DNA of 64,000 nucleotides. It comes from a virus. Shown in pieces: positions 47,628-56,135 of this stretch (positions are counted from its first letter, which is position 1; each line of letters opens with the position of its first letter). The stretch is from UHGV virus genome UHGV-1421865; one strand, 5' to 3'. The notes below the pieces were generated by a model. That model saw nothing but the letters and a program-made list of their open reading frames with translations, searched no databases and was not told the origin of the DNA. The position numbers were made by a program, and so were the translations under genes.

Positions 47628-48893
47628 ATGGATATTATTGAAATGTTTGCGGGTGTTGGTGGTTTTAGAGTTGGCTTTGAACGTGTGAATGAAAATCATA
47701 AAGAAGAGCCGAAGTTCTTTAACACAATATGGAGTAATCAATTTGAACCTTCAACAAAAATACAACACGCTTCACGTACATACCAACGAGTTTTTGGCCA
47801 AGACGGTCATTTTAATCAAGATATTGCAACAGTGAAAAGTGATGATATTCCTATTCACGATATGTTGGTCGGTGGTTTTCCTTGTCAGGATTATAGTGTT
47901 GCACGTGTGCTTAGTCAAGCATCGGGTATTGAAGGAAAGAGTGGTGTATTATGGTGGCAAATTGTTAGAATTATTAAAGATAAAGGAGACAAAGGTCCAA
48001 AGATTTTGTTTTTGGAGAATGTAGACAGACTACTAAGTTCTCCTGCCAAACAACGAGGCCGTGATTTTGCCATTATTTTAGAATCATTGAATGATTTAGG
48101 TTATATTGTCGAATGGAGAATAATTAATGCAGCTGAATATGGTATGCCTCAACGAAGAAAACGTACCTACATTCTTGCATACAAGAAAGGAACAACAATT
48201 GCAAAAAAAATAAAAGAACCAACAGAATGGCTGTTTAATGATGGAGTATTTGCAAAAGCCTTTCCTGTTAGTGATTACTGTGAAGAAACACCAATTGTTG
48301 GTATTCCTTTGAAAAGTAACCCTAATTGGGACTTGGTCGATTTATCACAAGAATTCAATAATGGTGGAAAGAAAACGCCATTTCTAAATGCAGGGTTGAT
48401 GATTGATGGTGTCTTTTACACATACAAGACAAACCCATCATATAATGGAAAATTCACATTCTTAGGGGACATTCTTGTAAGTGGTAAAGATAGAGAATTA
48501 ATTACAGAGGATTTTTATATTTCAGAAAATGAGTTACCCAAGTGGAAATACTTAAAAGGTTCAAAACGTGAAATTCGTAAAACGAAAGATGGTAATGAAT
48601 TTACTTACACAGAGGGAGCAATGGTTTTTCCTGACCCACTTGATAAGGCATCAAGAACTATTATAACATCTGAAGGTGGTAAGACACCATCTCGTTTCAA
48701 ACACGTCATTAAAGACCCAATAAACGGAAGATATAGAAGACTTGTTCCATTAGAACTTGAACGATTAGATATGTTTCCTGACAATCACACAGAAGGAGAA
48801 AACGACGTAAAACGAGCATTCTTTATGGGCAATGCGCTTGTTTGTGGTGTAATCACAAAAGTTGGTGAAGAAATACGGAAAAGATTGATATGA
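47628..48893 (+). CDS. dcm: DNA cytosine-5 methyltransferase
   Basis: Motif I EMFAGVGGFRVGF, motif IV GGFPCQDYS, motif VI FLENV, motif VIII QRRKRTYIL. Confidence 0.95.
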   Translation: MDIIEMFAGVGGFRVGFERVNENHKEEPKFFNTIWSNQFEPSTKIQHASRTYQRVFGQDGHFNQDIATVKSDDIPIHDMLVGGFPCQDYSVARVLSQASGIEGKSGVLWWQIVRIIKDKGDKGPKILFLENVDRLLSSPAKQRGRDFAIILESLNDLGYIVEWRIINAAEYGMPQRRKRTYILAYKKGTTIAKKIKEPTEWLFNDGVFAKAFPVSDYCEETPIVGIPLKSNPNWDLVDLSQEFNNGGKKTPFLNAGLMIDGVFYTYKTNPSYNGKFTFLGDILVSGKDRELITEDFYISENELPKWKYLKGSKREIRKTKDGNEFTYTEGAMVFPDPLDKASRTIITSEGGKTPSRFKHVIKDPINGRYRRLVPLELERLDMFPDNHTEGENDVKRAFFMGNALVCGVITKVGEEIRKRLI

Positions 48894-49082
48894 TTTGGAT
48901 TATTAACCAACACCGTGGTATAATGATTTAAACTATAATGGTTGATTTATGTTACTCTTCCTTAATAGAACTACCAAAAGGTTCAAAGGTAAAAGGTATA
49001 TGTCAAAACGACACAGGTACAGTAGAGTTCAAATTTACACACAGAGCATCGTTGAGATTATTATTTATAACTAGTATAATAT

Positions 49083-49781
49083 ATGTCAAATTTAGGAACA
49101 GCACATATCCTTGTCGGTGAACTGGCAAAGGATTATAGTAAACTTTCTACAGAAGAAAAAAATAAACTAGCACGTACCTTGTTCGGCATTTCCGATAAGG
49201 CGTCGTCTGAGTCTACACCAAAACCTACACTACCTACTAGTGATCTATCGTCTATCACAGAAATAACATCCGGCGATGCCGTTGCAACTGTTAAACCTGT
49301 AGCAGTTACTGAACCTACAGTTGTAGTAGGAGAAACAAAAGAGATTACCATATCGGCTGTGAAAGTATCTACTTTTTATAGCGATAAAGCGATGAAACTC
49401 CCCGAAGGGATTGTCGCAAACGCCGTAGAGGTCAATAAAGAGAACGGTACAGTCAAACTTAAAGACATCGGTCGTGTAGTACCTGCAAATACCGGTGTTA
49501 TCCTCACAGGAGAGTCCGGAACCTATACACTAACGTCGACTACAGAAGCTGCAAAGGAATTCGGTAAAAACGACCTTAAAGGTTCATTGACAGACATTCC
49601 TGCAAGTGAAGTATCCACATCGTCTGATGTTTATTATGCGCTGGCTGTTAATAAAGGAACTCCTTGTTTCGGTATTGTAGAAACCGATATTCCGGCAGGC
49701 AAAGCTTACTTCACTGTTCCTAAGTCTGATTCGACGGATAGTCGATTCCCCAATGGTTTTACTATTTCAAATCAAGACTAA
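49083..49781 (+). CDS. Hypothetical protein, 232 aa (T/S/V-rich)
   Basis: ORF followed by a strong bidirectional terminator. Confidence 0.45.
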   Translation: MSNLGTAHILVGELAKDYSKLSTEEKNKLARTLFGISDKASSESTPKPTLPTSDLSSITEITSGDAVATVKPVAVTEPTVVVGETKEITISAVKVSTFYSDKAMKLPEGIVANAVEVNKENGTVKLKDIGRVVPANTGVILTGESGTYTLTSTTEAAKEFGKNDLKGSLTDIPASEVSTSSDVYYALAVNKGTPCFGIVETDIPAGKAYFTVPKSDSTDSRFPNGFTISNQD

Positions 49782-49802
49782 CTTTGTACACAGAAAAAAA
49801 AT

Positions 49803-49842
49803 AACAGTCGAGCAACTCATTATGAATTGTTCGACTGTTATT
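49803..49842. terminator. Bidirectional rho-independent-type hairpin
   Basis: aaaaaaaataacagtcgagcaactcattatgaattgttcgactgttattatg. Confidence 0.6.
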
Positions 49843-49845
49843 ATG

Positions 49846-50958
49846 TTAATACAGTTCTATACGTAGACCTAACTTATTGGCTTTTAACATCTTAGATGAT
49901 GTAGAGTTTATATCACCCGTGAAGAGTACTTTCGCGTCTGACCAACTGTTTGTTTGAACGTACTGTGGATTCTTCTCCAGAAATTCTTTCTTAGACGCAT
50001 ATTTAGACGGACTACCCGTCAACATCACAGGCACTTGTGTAGTCTTGCTTGTACCGACGTGTAAGTTTGTAAGTTGACACATACCAATGCCGTAGTCAGT
50101 AAGTGCGTTAACCAACGCATTGAATTGCAACCATTTAGGTGATTGGTGATTATAGACCCAACTGTACCCTTCCGATGCGACACCACTGAAATCGGCTTGT
50201 CCAGTACCGATGAACTGCGCACATTTCTTAGCGCATGTGGAACCACATTTGTTGAAATTCAACGACTTGATGATGTCTACTAATGTGATTTGTCGTCGGT
50301 AATTCTTAAACGATTCGGCGGCTTTCTGCCCTCGTTTACCTTTCAACGCTTGTTCTATCTGTTCCGGTCTTACTTGGAGTATATTTGTTAAACTCTCGAA
50401 GTTATGTTGTAAAGTGTCGTACAACGCAGCCGCTACAGACGGACCGATGTTAGGTATCTTCAGAGTTTGTGCAGACGCGATGAACTGCCCACGGTTACTC
50501 ACAAGACCCACCAGATGACAACCTTCTACAACAGCATCATTTGGTAAACTACCGAGGTCCTTTGATGGATTGTCAAGTACAGAATAAAGAAACGGAATAA
50601 TGTCACCGGCTAAGGAAACTTCAATCTCCGTACCTATACCTACTTGATTATCAATAAGATAGCCGTAGTTATGTCCAGAACATTTAGTGACTATTTTATC
50701 AAGTAGTACAACAGGTTCAAAGACAATCACCGGTGTATACTCTCCGGTCTTACCTTGGTTCCATACAATATCTACTACCTTCGTCTTTTGAATTTCCGGA
50801 ACAAATTTCACAGCAACGCAGTCCGACGGTCGAACTTTATCGGTATTCTGTTCTCTGACAGGGAGTATAGGCTTGATAACAAACCCGTCCAGAGCATATT
50901 CACACTCTTCGGTACGGTATTTGTTAAAGTCGTTATATAGTTCTTGTAAGGTACTCAT
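49846..50958 (-). CDS. ligA: NAD-dependent DNA ligase, C-terminal fragment (from 20 aa before nucleotidyltransferase motif IV, through the OB-fold and HhH region)
   Basis: ALDGFVIKP (motif IV DGVVIK), VAVKFVPE (motif V), OB-fold WNQGKTGEYTPVIVFEPVVL, HhH-like GIGPSVAAALY. Its start ATG overlaps the thyA-family stop in a TAATG arrangement. Confidence 0.85.
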   Translation of the reverse strand: MSTLQELYNDFNKYRTEECEYALDGFVIKPILPVREQNTDKVRPSDCVAVKFVPEIQKTKVVDIVWNQGKTGEYTPVIVFEPVVLLDKIVTKCSGHNYGYLIDNQVGIGTEIEVSLAGDIIPFLYSVLDNPSKDLGSLPNDAVVEGCHLVGLVSNRGQFIASAQTLKIPNIGPSVAAALYDTLQHNFESLTNILQVRPEQIEQALKGKRGQKAAESFKNYRRQITLVDIIKSLNFNKCGSTCAKKCAQFIGTGQADFSGVASEGYSWVYNHQSPKWLQFNALVNALTDYGIGMCQLTNLHVGTSKTTQVPVMLTGSPSKYASKKEFLEKNPQYVQTNSWSDAKVLFTGDINSTSSKMLKANKLGLRIELY

Positions 50959-51926
50959 TATACTGCGATAGGTGCTTTAATAACAGGGGGTGTATAAGAA
51001 CCGTCGAAATGTTTCTTTACCTTTATCTGTCGGCTTTCGTACATCTCCAAAATATAACACAAATAAGCGTCTAAGGACATCGGTACATTCACAGTAGACA
51101 TGGTCATATCCAAGGTGCATTCTACGGTATGATAACATTGCGTCACATAGTCATCGGTATTAGTAAAGAACGAATCGATATATTCCTGTACAGCATCTTT
51201 ATGATTGTCGTAGATATGGAAATTATCGGCGGTATAGTATATATTTCCGCATTTTACTTTATCGATACCATATTTCTTTTTGAACCATTCATGGTTGACC
51301 TTAAAATAGCCGTTTATAAACCAGTTGAACCAAGAACAGAATATGAAATTATACGGCGCACCCAAGAACGCGTCGTTACTGCGAATATGAGCATGTAGGT
51401 TGTGTGTAAGTACTGTATTCCCAGCGTCGTCTGTGTCCAACTGAAATGTAACGTTATATTCGAACATACAAGGTGCCAGTGCCATTTCCGGTAGGTCGTT
51501 CACATTCCAAAGTGAGATAATATGTCGGCGCGAGAATAAATTGTTATTGAAACCTTCAAATAGTTGTTTCAACTGATCAATACCGTTAAAGTTTCGAAAC
51601 TGATAACCGTACGCCTTACCGATAGTACCATCTTCCTGTACCCATTCATCCCAATAGGTAACACCGTGGTCGCGAAGCCACTGTACGTCGGTCCGTCCTT
51701 GCAGCATCCAGAGTAGTTCGGTGAGTGCCATTCGAGGATAAACACGTTTTCCGTTCACCACCATCAGTCGAACTTCGTCGGACGGTGAAGGAGACTGTTC
51801 AAATACAAAGTTGATACCGTAAGAGTTCAACGTACTGATGTCGGTTCTATTCGACATTTTCTGTGTGACAGTCGACAATATGTTAGTAAGCTGTCTTACA
51901 TAGTCTGTTTCAAATAGTTGTGTCAT
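50958..51926 (-). CDS. thyA: ThyA-family enzyme (thymidylate synthase or dUMP hydroxymethylase), 322 aa, nested between the two ligase fragments
   Basis: ELLWMLQGRTDVQWLRDHGVTYWDEWV; RRHIISLWNVNDLPEMALAPCMFEYNVTF (E. coli [29 protein letters not shown]); IRSNDAFLGAPYN (RSxD...N, the dUMP-type Asn); TADNFHIYDNH; C-terminal KAPIAV. The His next to the catalytic Cys is Met here. Confidence 0.85.
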   Translation of the reverse strand: MTQLFETDYVRQLTNILSTVTQKMSNRTDISTLNSYGINFVFEQSPSPSDEVRLMVVNGKRVYPRMALTELLWMLQGRTDVQWLRDHGVTYWDEWVQEDGTIGKAYGYQFRNFNGIDQLKQLFEGFNNNLFSRRHIISLWNVNDLPEMALAPCMFEYNVTFQLDTDDAGNTVLTHNLHAHIRSNDAFLGAPYNFIFCSWFNWFINGYFKVNHEWFKKKYGIDKVKCGNIYYTADNFHIYDNHKDAVQEYIDSFFTNTDDYVTQCYHTVECTLDMTMSTVNVPMSLDAYLCYILEMYESRQIKVKKHFDGSYTPPVIKAPIAV

Positions 51927-52602
51927 TGTTTAATGGATATTCTAGTTTATAAAATTTAGGTGTCTTGGGAAGTCCGTACCATTCTCGTTCTGTCCACTTA
52001 CCGTTTTCTAATACTCTATAATCGTATATGATAATGTCTAAATCATCGTCGTATTCGTGAGATGTACTATTCAAGACACCCGATACCATCGAACGAGGAC
52101 TCGAGAACTTATCTTTGTATTTCTCTTCAAATGTCTTCAGTTTTACCAGCACCTCACCACGTATAACTGCCTGTGCACCATATACATAGTAGTCTGGATA
52201 AACCGATCGAATTTGCTTAATAAGGTGGCTACGCAAGTCTTTACCGTAATTCCCGTCGCCCCGAGACGATATGCTGCCAACAGTACCGTTCGCATTGATA
52301 ACACATTCGAAAGAACAACCGTCGAATTTCGGGGTCACTTCTATGGCATTATCACCGACATATTTTTTAATATCTTCTGTATAATTAGAAAAATCATCTA
52401 AGCTATGAACTTGGACCTTGTAGAGGGATCCCATTATAAACGGATGCCGTACAGTATATGTTGTACTGGATTTAGTACCGATATAAGACTTGTTCTCGAG
52501 ACCTAGCTCTTTCTCTAACGCGTCAAATTCTGTGTCAGACATTATCTCCTGCCCATTGTAGTATGCTTCTTTTGCTTTATGGTATAATTCTTCTTTTGTC
52601 AT
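51910..52602 (-). CDS. ligA: NAD-dependent DNA ligase, N-terminal fragment (Ia domain plus adenylation motifs I-III), 230 aa
   Basis: KxDG adenylation motif TPKFDGCSFE; motif III VIRGEVLV. It ends in a TGA, 17 nt after the thyA-family start in another frame. Confidence 0.85.
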   Translation of the reverse strand: MTKEELYHKAKEAYYNGQEIMSDTEFDALEKELGLENKSYIGTKSSTTYTVRHPFIMGSLYKVQVHSLDDFSNYTEDIKKYVGDNAIEVTPKFDGCSFECVINANGTVGSISSRGDGNYGKDLRSHLIKQIRSVYPDYYVYGAQAVIRGEVLVKLKTFEEKYKDKFSSPRSMVSGVLNSTSHEYDDDLDIIIYDYRVLENGKWTEREWYGLPKTPKFYKLEYPLNNDTTI

Positions 52603-52682
52603 CTTATCATCATATAGTTTATACTTTATATAGTATAGTTTACAAGAAAAATCAGCTACTTAAAACATTGTTTTGGGTCTAC

Positions 52683-52835
52683 TTTGACAGTTTCTATTTC
52701 GTGTACCGACGTGTACAAATCTAGAATCGTCATAAAGGCACTTTAGAGCTCCTGTATCGCGTCGAAATTATCTAGCCTTACTACAACCAAGGTCAACTAA
52801 TTTGTACGCGATACAGGAGAGATTTTTATTGAGTT
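52683..52835 (-). repeat. Conserved structured intergenic element, copy H (reverse orientation)
   Basis: The reverse complement matches the family: ...aaaaatctctcctgtatcgcgtacaaattagttgaccttggttgtagtaaggctagataatttcgacgcgatacaggagctctaaagtgcctttatgacgattctagatttgtacacgtcggtacacgaaatagaaactg. Confidence 0.55.
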
Positions 52836-53001
52836 TCAAATGGGTACACTGACGCCGTGTGGGACACGTTGTGTGTACCGTCTTGATGCTTTGCATCAAA
52901 TTGTTCACAAAGTGAACATAATTAAGACCTCAGTAGACTTATAACAATCTACTGAGGTCTCTAACTATGACTACTAAATCAATTTATAAATCAATCAAAT
53001 T

Positions 53002-53151
53002 TCGGCAGTTTATAAGTCAGTAGGGACCTTGGTTTTTAATCTCTTGCTCTATTAGTACACGCAACTCGTTGTAAGTAGCAGGTTTTAATTTAGCCGATTT
53101 CGTATTCGATGTGATCTTTAGACGTTCGTTAATGAAATTTTGTAGACTCAT
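53002..53151 (-). pseudogene. DUF285 family 5' gene remnant (49 codons, ends after KNQGP)
   Basis: Manual translation gives MSLQNFINERLKITSNTKSAKLKPATYNELRVLIEQEIKNQGPY, then a stop. The family N-terminal module is truncated before DADLN. Confidence 0.5.
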
Positions 53152-53171
53152 TTATTCGCTAGTATTGTTTA

Positions 53172-53810
53172 TCAGTCTTTGAATTTTGGTTGAAGTTGTG
53201 GATTAGTTCCCATATTAGGACATTTATCAAATGTCATATAATACTTGATTACTTTCGACACATCCCACTCAGACAAGTCACAATTGAAACGTTCGCAAAA
53301 ATAGAACATATAACTCATATTTTTAACATTGGTGACATTCCAAGAACTTAAATCTACATTTAGCTTTTTACACCAAGAGAACATATCTTCCATGTTTTCT
53401 ACTTTACTAACGTTCCAATTTTCTATACCTTTGCCTTCAAATTTTTTACATTCATAAAACATGAAAGACATGTTCGTTACATTAGAGGTGTTCCAATTTT
53501 CTACTCCATCGCCTCTGAAGTTATCTTGACCTACAAACATGTTTTGCATAGTAGTTACATTTGATGTATTCCACTGGTCAATTTTGATATTTCCGATGTT
53601 TAATTTATAAAACAAACTAACCATATCTGTAATCTCCGATGTATCTATAAAGTTCAAATCGGCGTTCGGACCTTGTTCTTTTAGTTCTTGTTCTATAATA
53701 GATCTGAGTTCGTCTTTTGTTTTAGGTCTCAATCTTAATGGTTGGGTATCGGGCGTAATCTTTAATCGTTCTGTGATTAAACTATCGTGAATGTATCGTG
53801 AAAGTGACAT
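53172..53810 (-). CDS. DUF285-type repeat protein family member (212 aa); 3' ~215 bp identical (inverted) to the 3' end of 58151..58696
   Basis: MSLSRYIHDSLITERLKITPD...EQGPNADLNFIDTSEITDM, then repeats. The C-terminal 70 aa are identical to the paralog 58151..58696. Confidence 0.7.
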   Translation of the reverse strand: MSLSRYIHDSLITERLKITPDTQPLRLRPKTKDELRSIIEQELKEQGPNADLNFIDTSEITDMVSLFYKLNIGNIKIDQWNTSNVTTMQNMFVGQDNFRGDGVENWNTSNVTNMSFMFYECKKFEGKGIENWNVSKVENMEDMFSWCKKLNVDLSSWNVTNVKNMSYMFYFCERFNCDLSEWDVSKVIKYYMTFDKCPNMGTNPQLQPKFKD

Positions 53811-53827
53811 TGAAGTAAATATGTATG

Positions 53828-55525
53828 TTAAACACCAGTACCGTCTAAAATCTTTCTAGCAACGTCATTTATTATTAAATGTTGGTTATTAGGAAACATT
53901 TGAAGTACTTCGCTTAAGTTGTCGACATAGTAGTCGTACACTTTGATATTTGTTATATTGCCAGGAAATGAATACAATACTATCTCCGATTTCTGTAATA
54001 TAGGAATATCCATGGTATATTGTTCGTGAAGCGTACTATTATCGCCGGCGGCATTGTCCATATCGAAGAAATAATGAACCGGTGCTAACTTATATATCGG
54101 TAATCGTTTATCGAAAGTGTATTTATAAGATGAAAACTCTACTGTTTTCAAATCGGGACAACATCTAAACACGACAAACCAGGTATCGCCTGTTTCCAAT
54201 TTAAGACCGCCGCTCTTCATTTTGTTTACCTTTAACGTACCGTTTTTGATATTGAATTTGAAGTCTCCAATAGAAAATAAAGGACCGTCATAGAGGTCGT
54301 CTGTCATACTGACAATAAATGATATAGTAAAAGCCTGCCCACAGAACTTTCGTTGGTATATCGTCGACGGTCGACCGAAGATCTTACTCATGTCGACATT
54401 CGGATCTTGTATATAATTAGACGAACGAACAAAATTGTACTGTGAGTCTGCGATTAAGGTTCCTTTATAATAGAGATTTTCACCCGTATTGATGTGTGTC
54501 GTTACGGTATCAACATATTTTCGTATCGCATCGCTTTCGTATACCGGTGTTAGGGTATTCGGTGCAGGTAACGGTGCTGATAATGTCTGGGTACCGGCGT
54601 CAACAGTGTCGTCGTATTCTGTAAACAAGTCCTCGTATTTCTTAGTAACAAAACTGTCTACCATCACCGAAAACTCGTCTTTCATATTAACACTGTCTTT
54701 CTCTTGGTATTTTACCAGTGCTAATTTGAACGTTGTGCCTATCCACATCAGCCCTTCCGATTTCTCTTCGTACGCACCGTTTACCATCCACATTCTCTTT
54801 GTTAACGGTATATAAATAAGATCACCTTCCATAGGTTGCACAGTATCACCAAAAGCCGTTGCAAAAGCCTCTTTTGTGACTTCTGTTTCCCAGTCGAGTT
54901 GAAAGTCCATTCCGAAGTCGGCAAATTCTGGTTTCGACGACGGCATCCTACCTTCCGGAACGACGAGTTTAATCATCTTAACACTTTCGACGTCCATCAA
55001 GGCGTATTCTTTGAATGTAAGATCCTTCGAACCGACATTGGGACTGAGTTTGAAATAGTAAACGGGAATACCGAAAAGGTCCCCTACCATATTCACCAGT
55101 TTGTTCTGTAATGCGACAGCGCCGTCGAGATTAGAATAAGGATTGAAATTGGCAGGTGTTGATTTACCGTACAAGAACTCAAAACATGACTCTTGACTAG
55201 TATTGTAGTCAATAACGTCTTCGCTGTTTATCTTTATTCCGCTAACAAGGCCTTTTATTTTAATACGAACATACAGGTCTTGACCTACTGCATTGATACC
55301 TGACAAGAACTCTTCCCACGACATATAGCACGACCAGGTAACAGTATCTAACGAATAAGCATATTCTAAACATGTCTCGTCGTACTGTGCTCCTTTATCG
55401 TCATACAAGTATATAGACGACAATTTTGACGGTGACAGCGGGAGATTGATGTTGATCACCTGGGGTACCGTCAAACATCCGGTGGCTGCATTTGTCGTTA
55501 CATCTTCCGGAATCGTAGAAATCAT
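53828..55525 (-). CDS. Hypothetical protein (565 aa), probably structural; translationally coupled to the CHAP peptidase
   Basis: Long ORF overlapping the CHAP gene start by 4 nt. No recognisable catalytic motif. Confidence 0.5.
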   Translation of the reverse strand: MISTIPEDVTTNAATGCLTVPQVININLPLSPSKLSSIYLYDDKGAQYDETCLEYAYSLDTVTWSCYMSWEEFLSGINAVGQDLYVRIKIKGLVSGIKINSEDVIDYNTSQESCFEFLYGKSTPANFNPYSNLDGAVALQNKLVNMVGDLFGIPVYYFKLSPNVGSKDLTFKEYALMDVESVKMIKLVVPEGRMPSSKPEFADFGMDFQLDWETEVTKEAFATAFGDTVQPMEGDLIYIPLTKRMWMVNGAYEEKSEGLMWIGTTFKLALVKYQEKDSVNMKDEFSVMVDSFVTKKYEDLFTEYDDTVDAGTQTLSAPLPAPNTLTPVYESDAIRKYVDTVTTHINTGENLYYKGTLIADSQYNFVRSSNYIQDPNVDMSKIFGRPSTIYQRKFCGQAFTISFIVSMTDDLYDGPLFSIGDFKFNIKNGTLKVNKMKSGGLKLETGDTWFVVFRCCPDLKTVEFSSYKYTFDKRLPIYKLAPVHYFFDMDNAAGDNSTLHEQYTMDIPILQKSEIVLYSFPGNITNIKVYDYYVDNLSEVLQMFPNNQHLIINDVARKILDGTGV

Positions 55526-56037
55526 GCGAAACGAAATATATTACAAACACCGTCACCGGAATACGGCCACATTTTGTTCTGAATAAAATCGCTAATCCAT
55601 CGCTTTCCTGTCCACATACAGATATGACCGTGTTGACCGTGGTTCATTACGGCAATATCACCGGGCACGGCGCTGGTATTCGTCCATTCCGCCTGTTTTG
55701 TGACACCGGACAGCATAGCAACGTGTTTGAAACCGATCTTGGGTAAGAATTCGGTGTATTTATACGCCGACGTAGGACGACCTGCGGTAGAAAGACCTCC
55801 GGCTTCTATTGCCTGACGAACATACATCGCACACCGCCCTACAGAAGACACATTCGCCGCAGATGTTAGGTGTGTTAGCGCTTTACGAATATCCCATCCT
55901 GTTTTCGACGGAATATAATTTCCTATAAGACTATTTCCTGACATAGATACATTTTGTCCTAAATTTATAGACGAGAGTATTCCGGATAGGATACCCTCTT
56001 TTGTATAACCTTCCATATACTTAAAAATCAGATACAA
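55522..56037 (-). CDS. CHAP-domain peptidoglycan hydrolase (endolysin or virion-associated lysin)
   Basis: The Cys...His arrangement CAMYVRQAIEAGG ... GDIAVMNHGQHGHICMW is typical of CHAP/NlpC-P60 amidases or peptidases. Confidence 0.7.
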   Translation of the reverse strand: MYLIFKYMEGYTKEGILSGILSSINLGQNVSMSGNSLIGNYIPSKTGWDIRKALTHLTSAANVSSVGRCAMYVRQAIEAGGLSTAGRPTSAYKYTEFLPKIGFKHVAMLSGVTKQAEWTNTSAVPGDIAVMNHGQHGHICMWTGKRWISDFIQNKMWPYSGDGVCNIFRFA

Positions 56038-56135
56038 TCTGATTCAACATTTCAATTTATTGAAATCAAAAATCCATCGCATGTGGATTTCACAATTAGG
56101 CTCTACAGAAATCTACTTCGTAGTTATTTAGTATA
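56038..56135 (-). promoter_or_regulatory. Palindromic hairpin array (AAATC...GATTT arms plus ttcaatttattgaa) upstream of the CHAP gene; same architecture as 3660..3790
   Basis: aatcagattgtatctgatt, ttcaatttattgaaatcaaaaatc and aaatccatcgcatgtggattt. Confidence 0.35.

Noticed and set aside
50958-51926. ThyA-family ORF between the ligase halves considered as an intein or intron-encoded element
   Set aside because: It has its own start and stop, sits in a different frame from both ligase fragments, and encodes a complete ThyA-fold enzyme rather than a homing endonuclease or intein splicing blocks.
52925-52962. Strong 13-bp-stem hairpin agacctcagtaga...tctactgaggtct considered as the terminator of the DUF285 gene 53172..53810
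   Set aside because: It is ~210 nt beyond the stop, separated by the DUF285 5' remnant, and has no adjacent T-run. Its function is unclear, so it was left unannotated.
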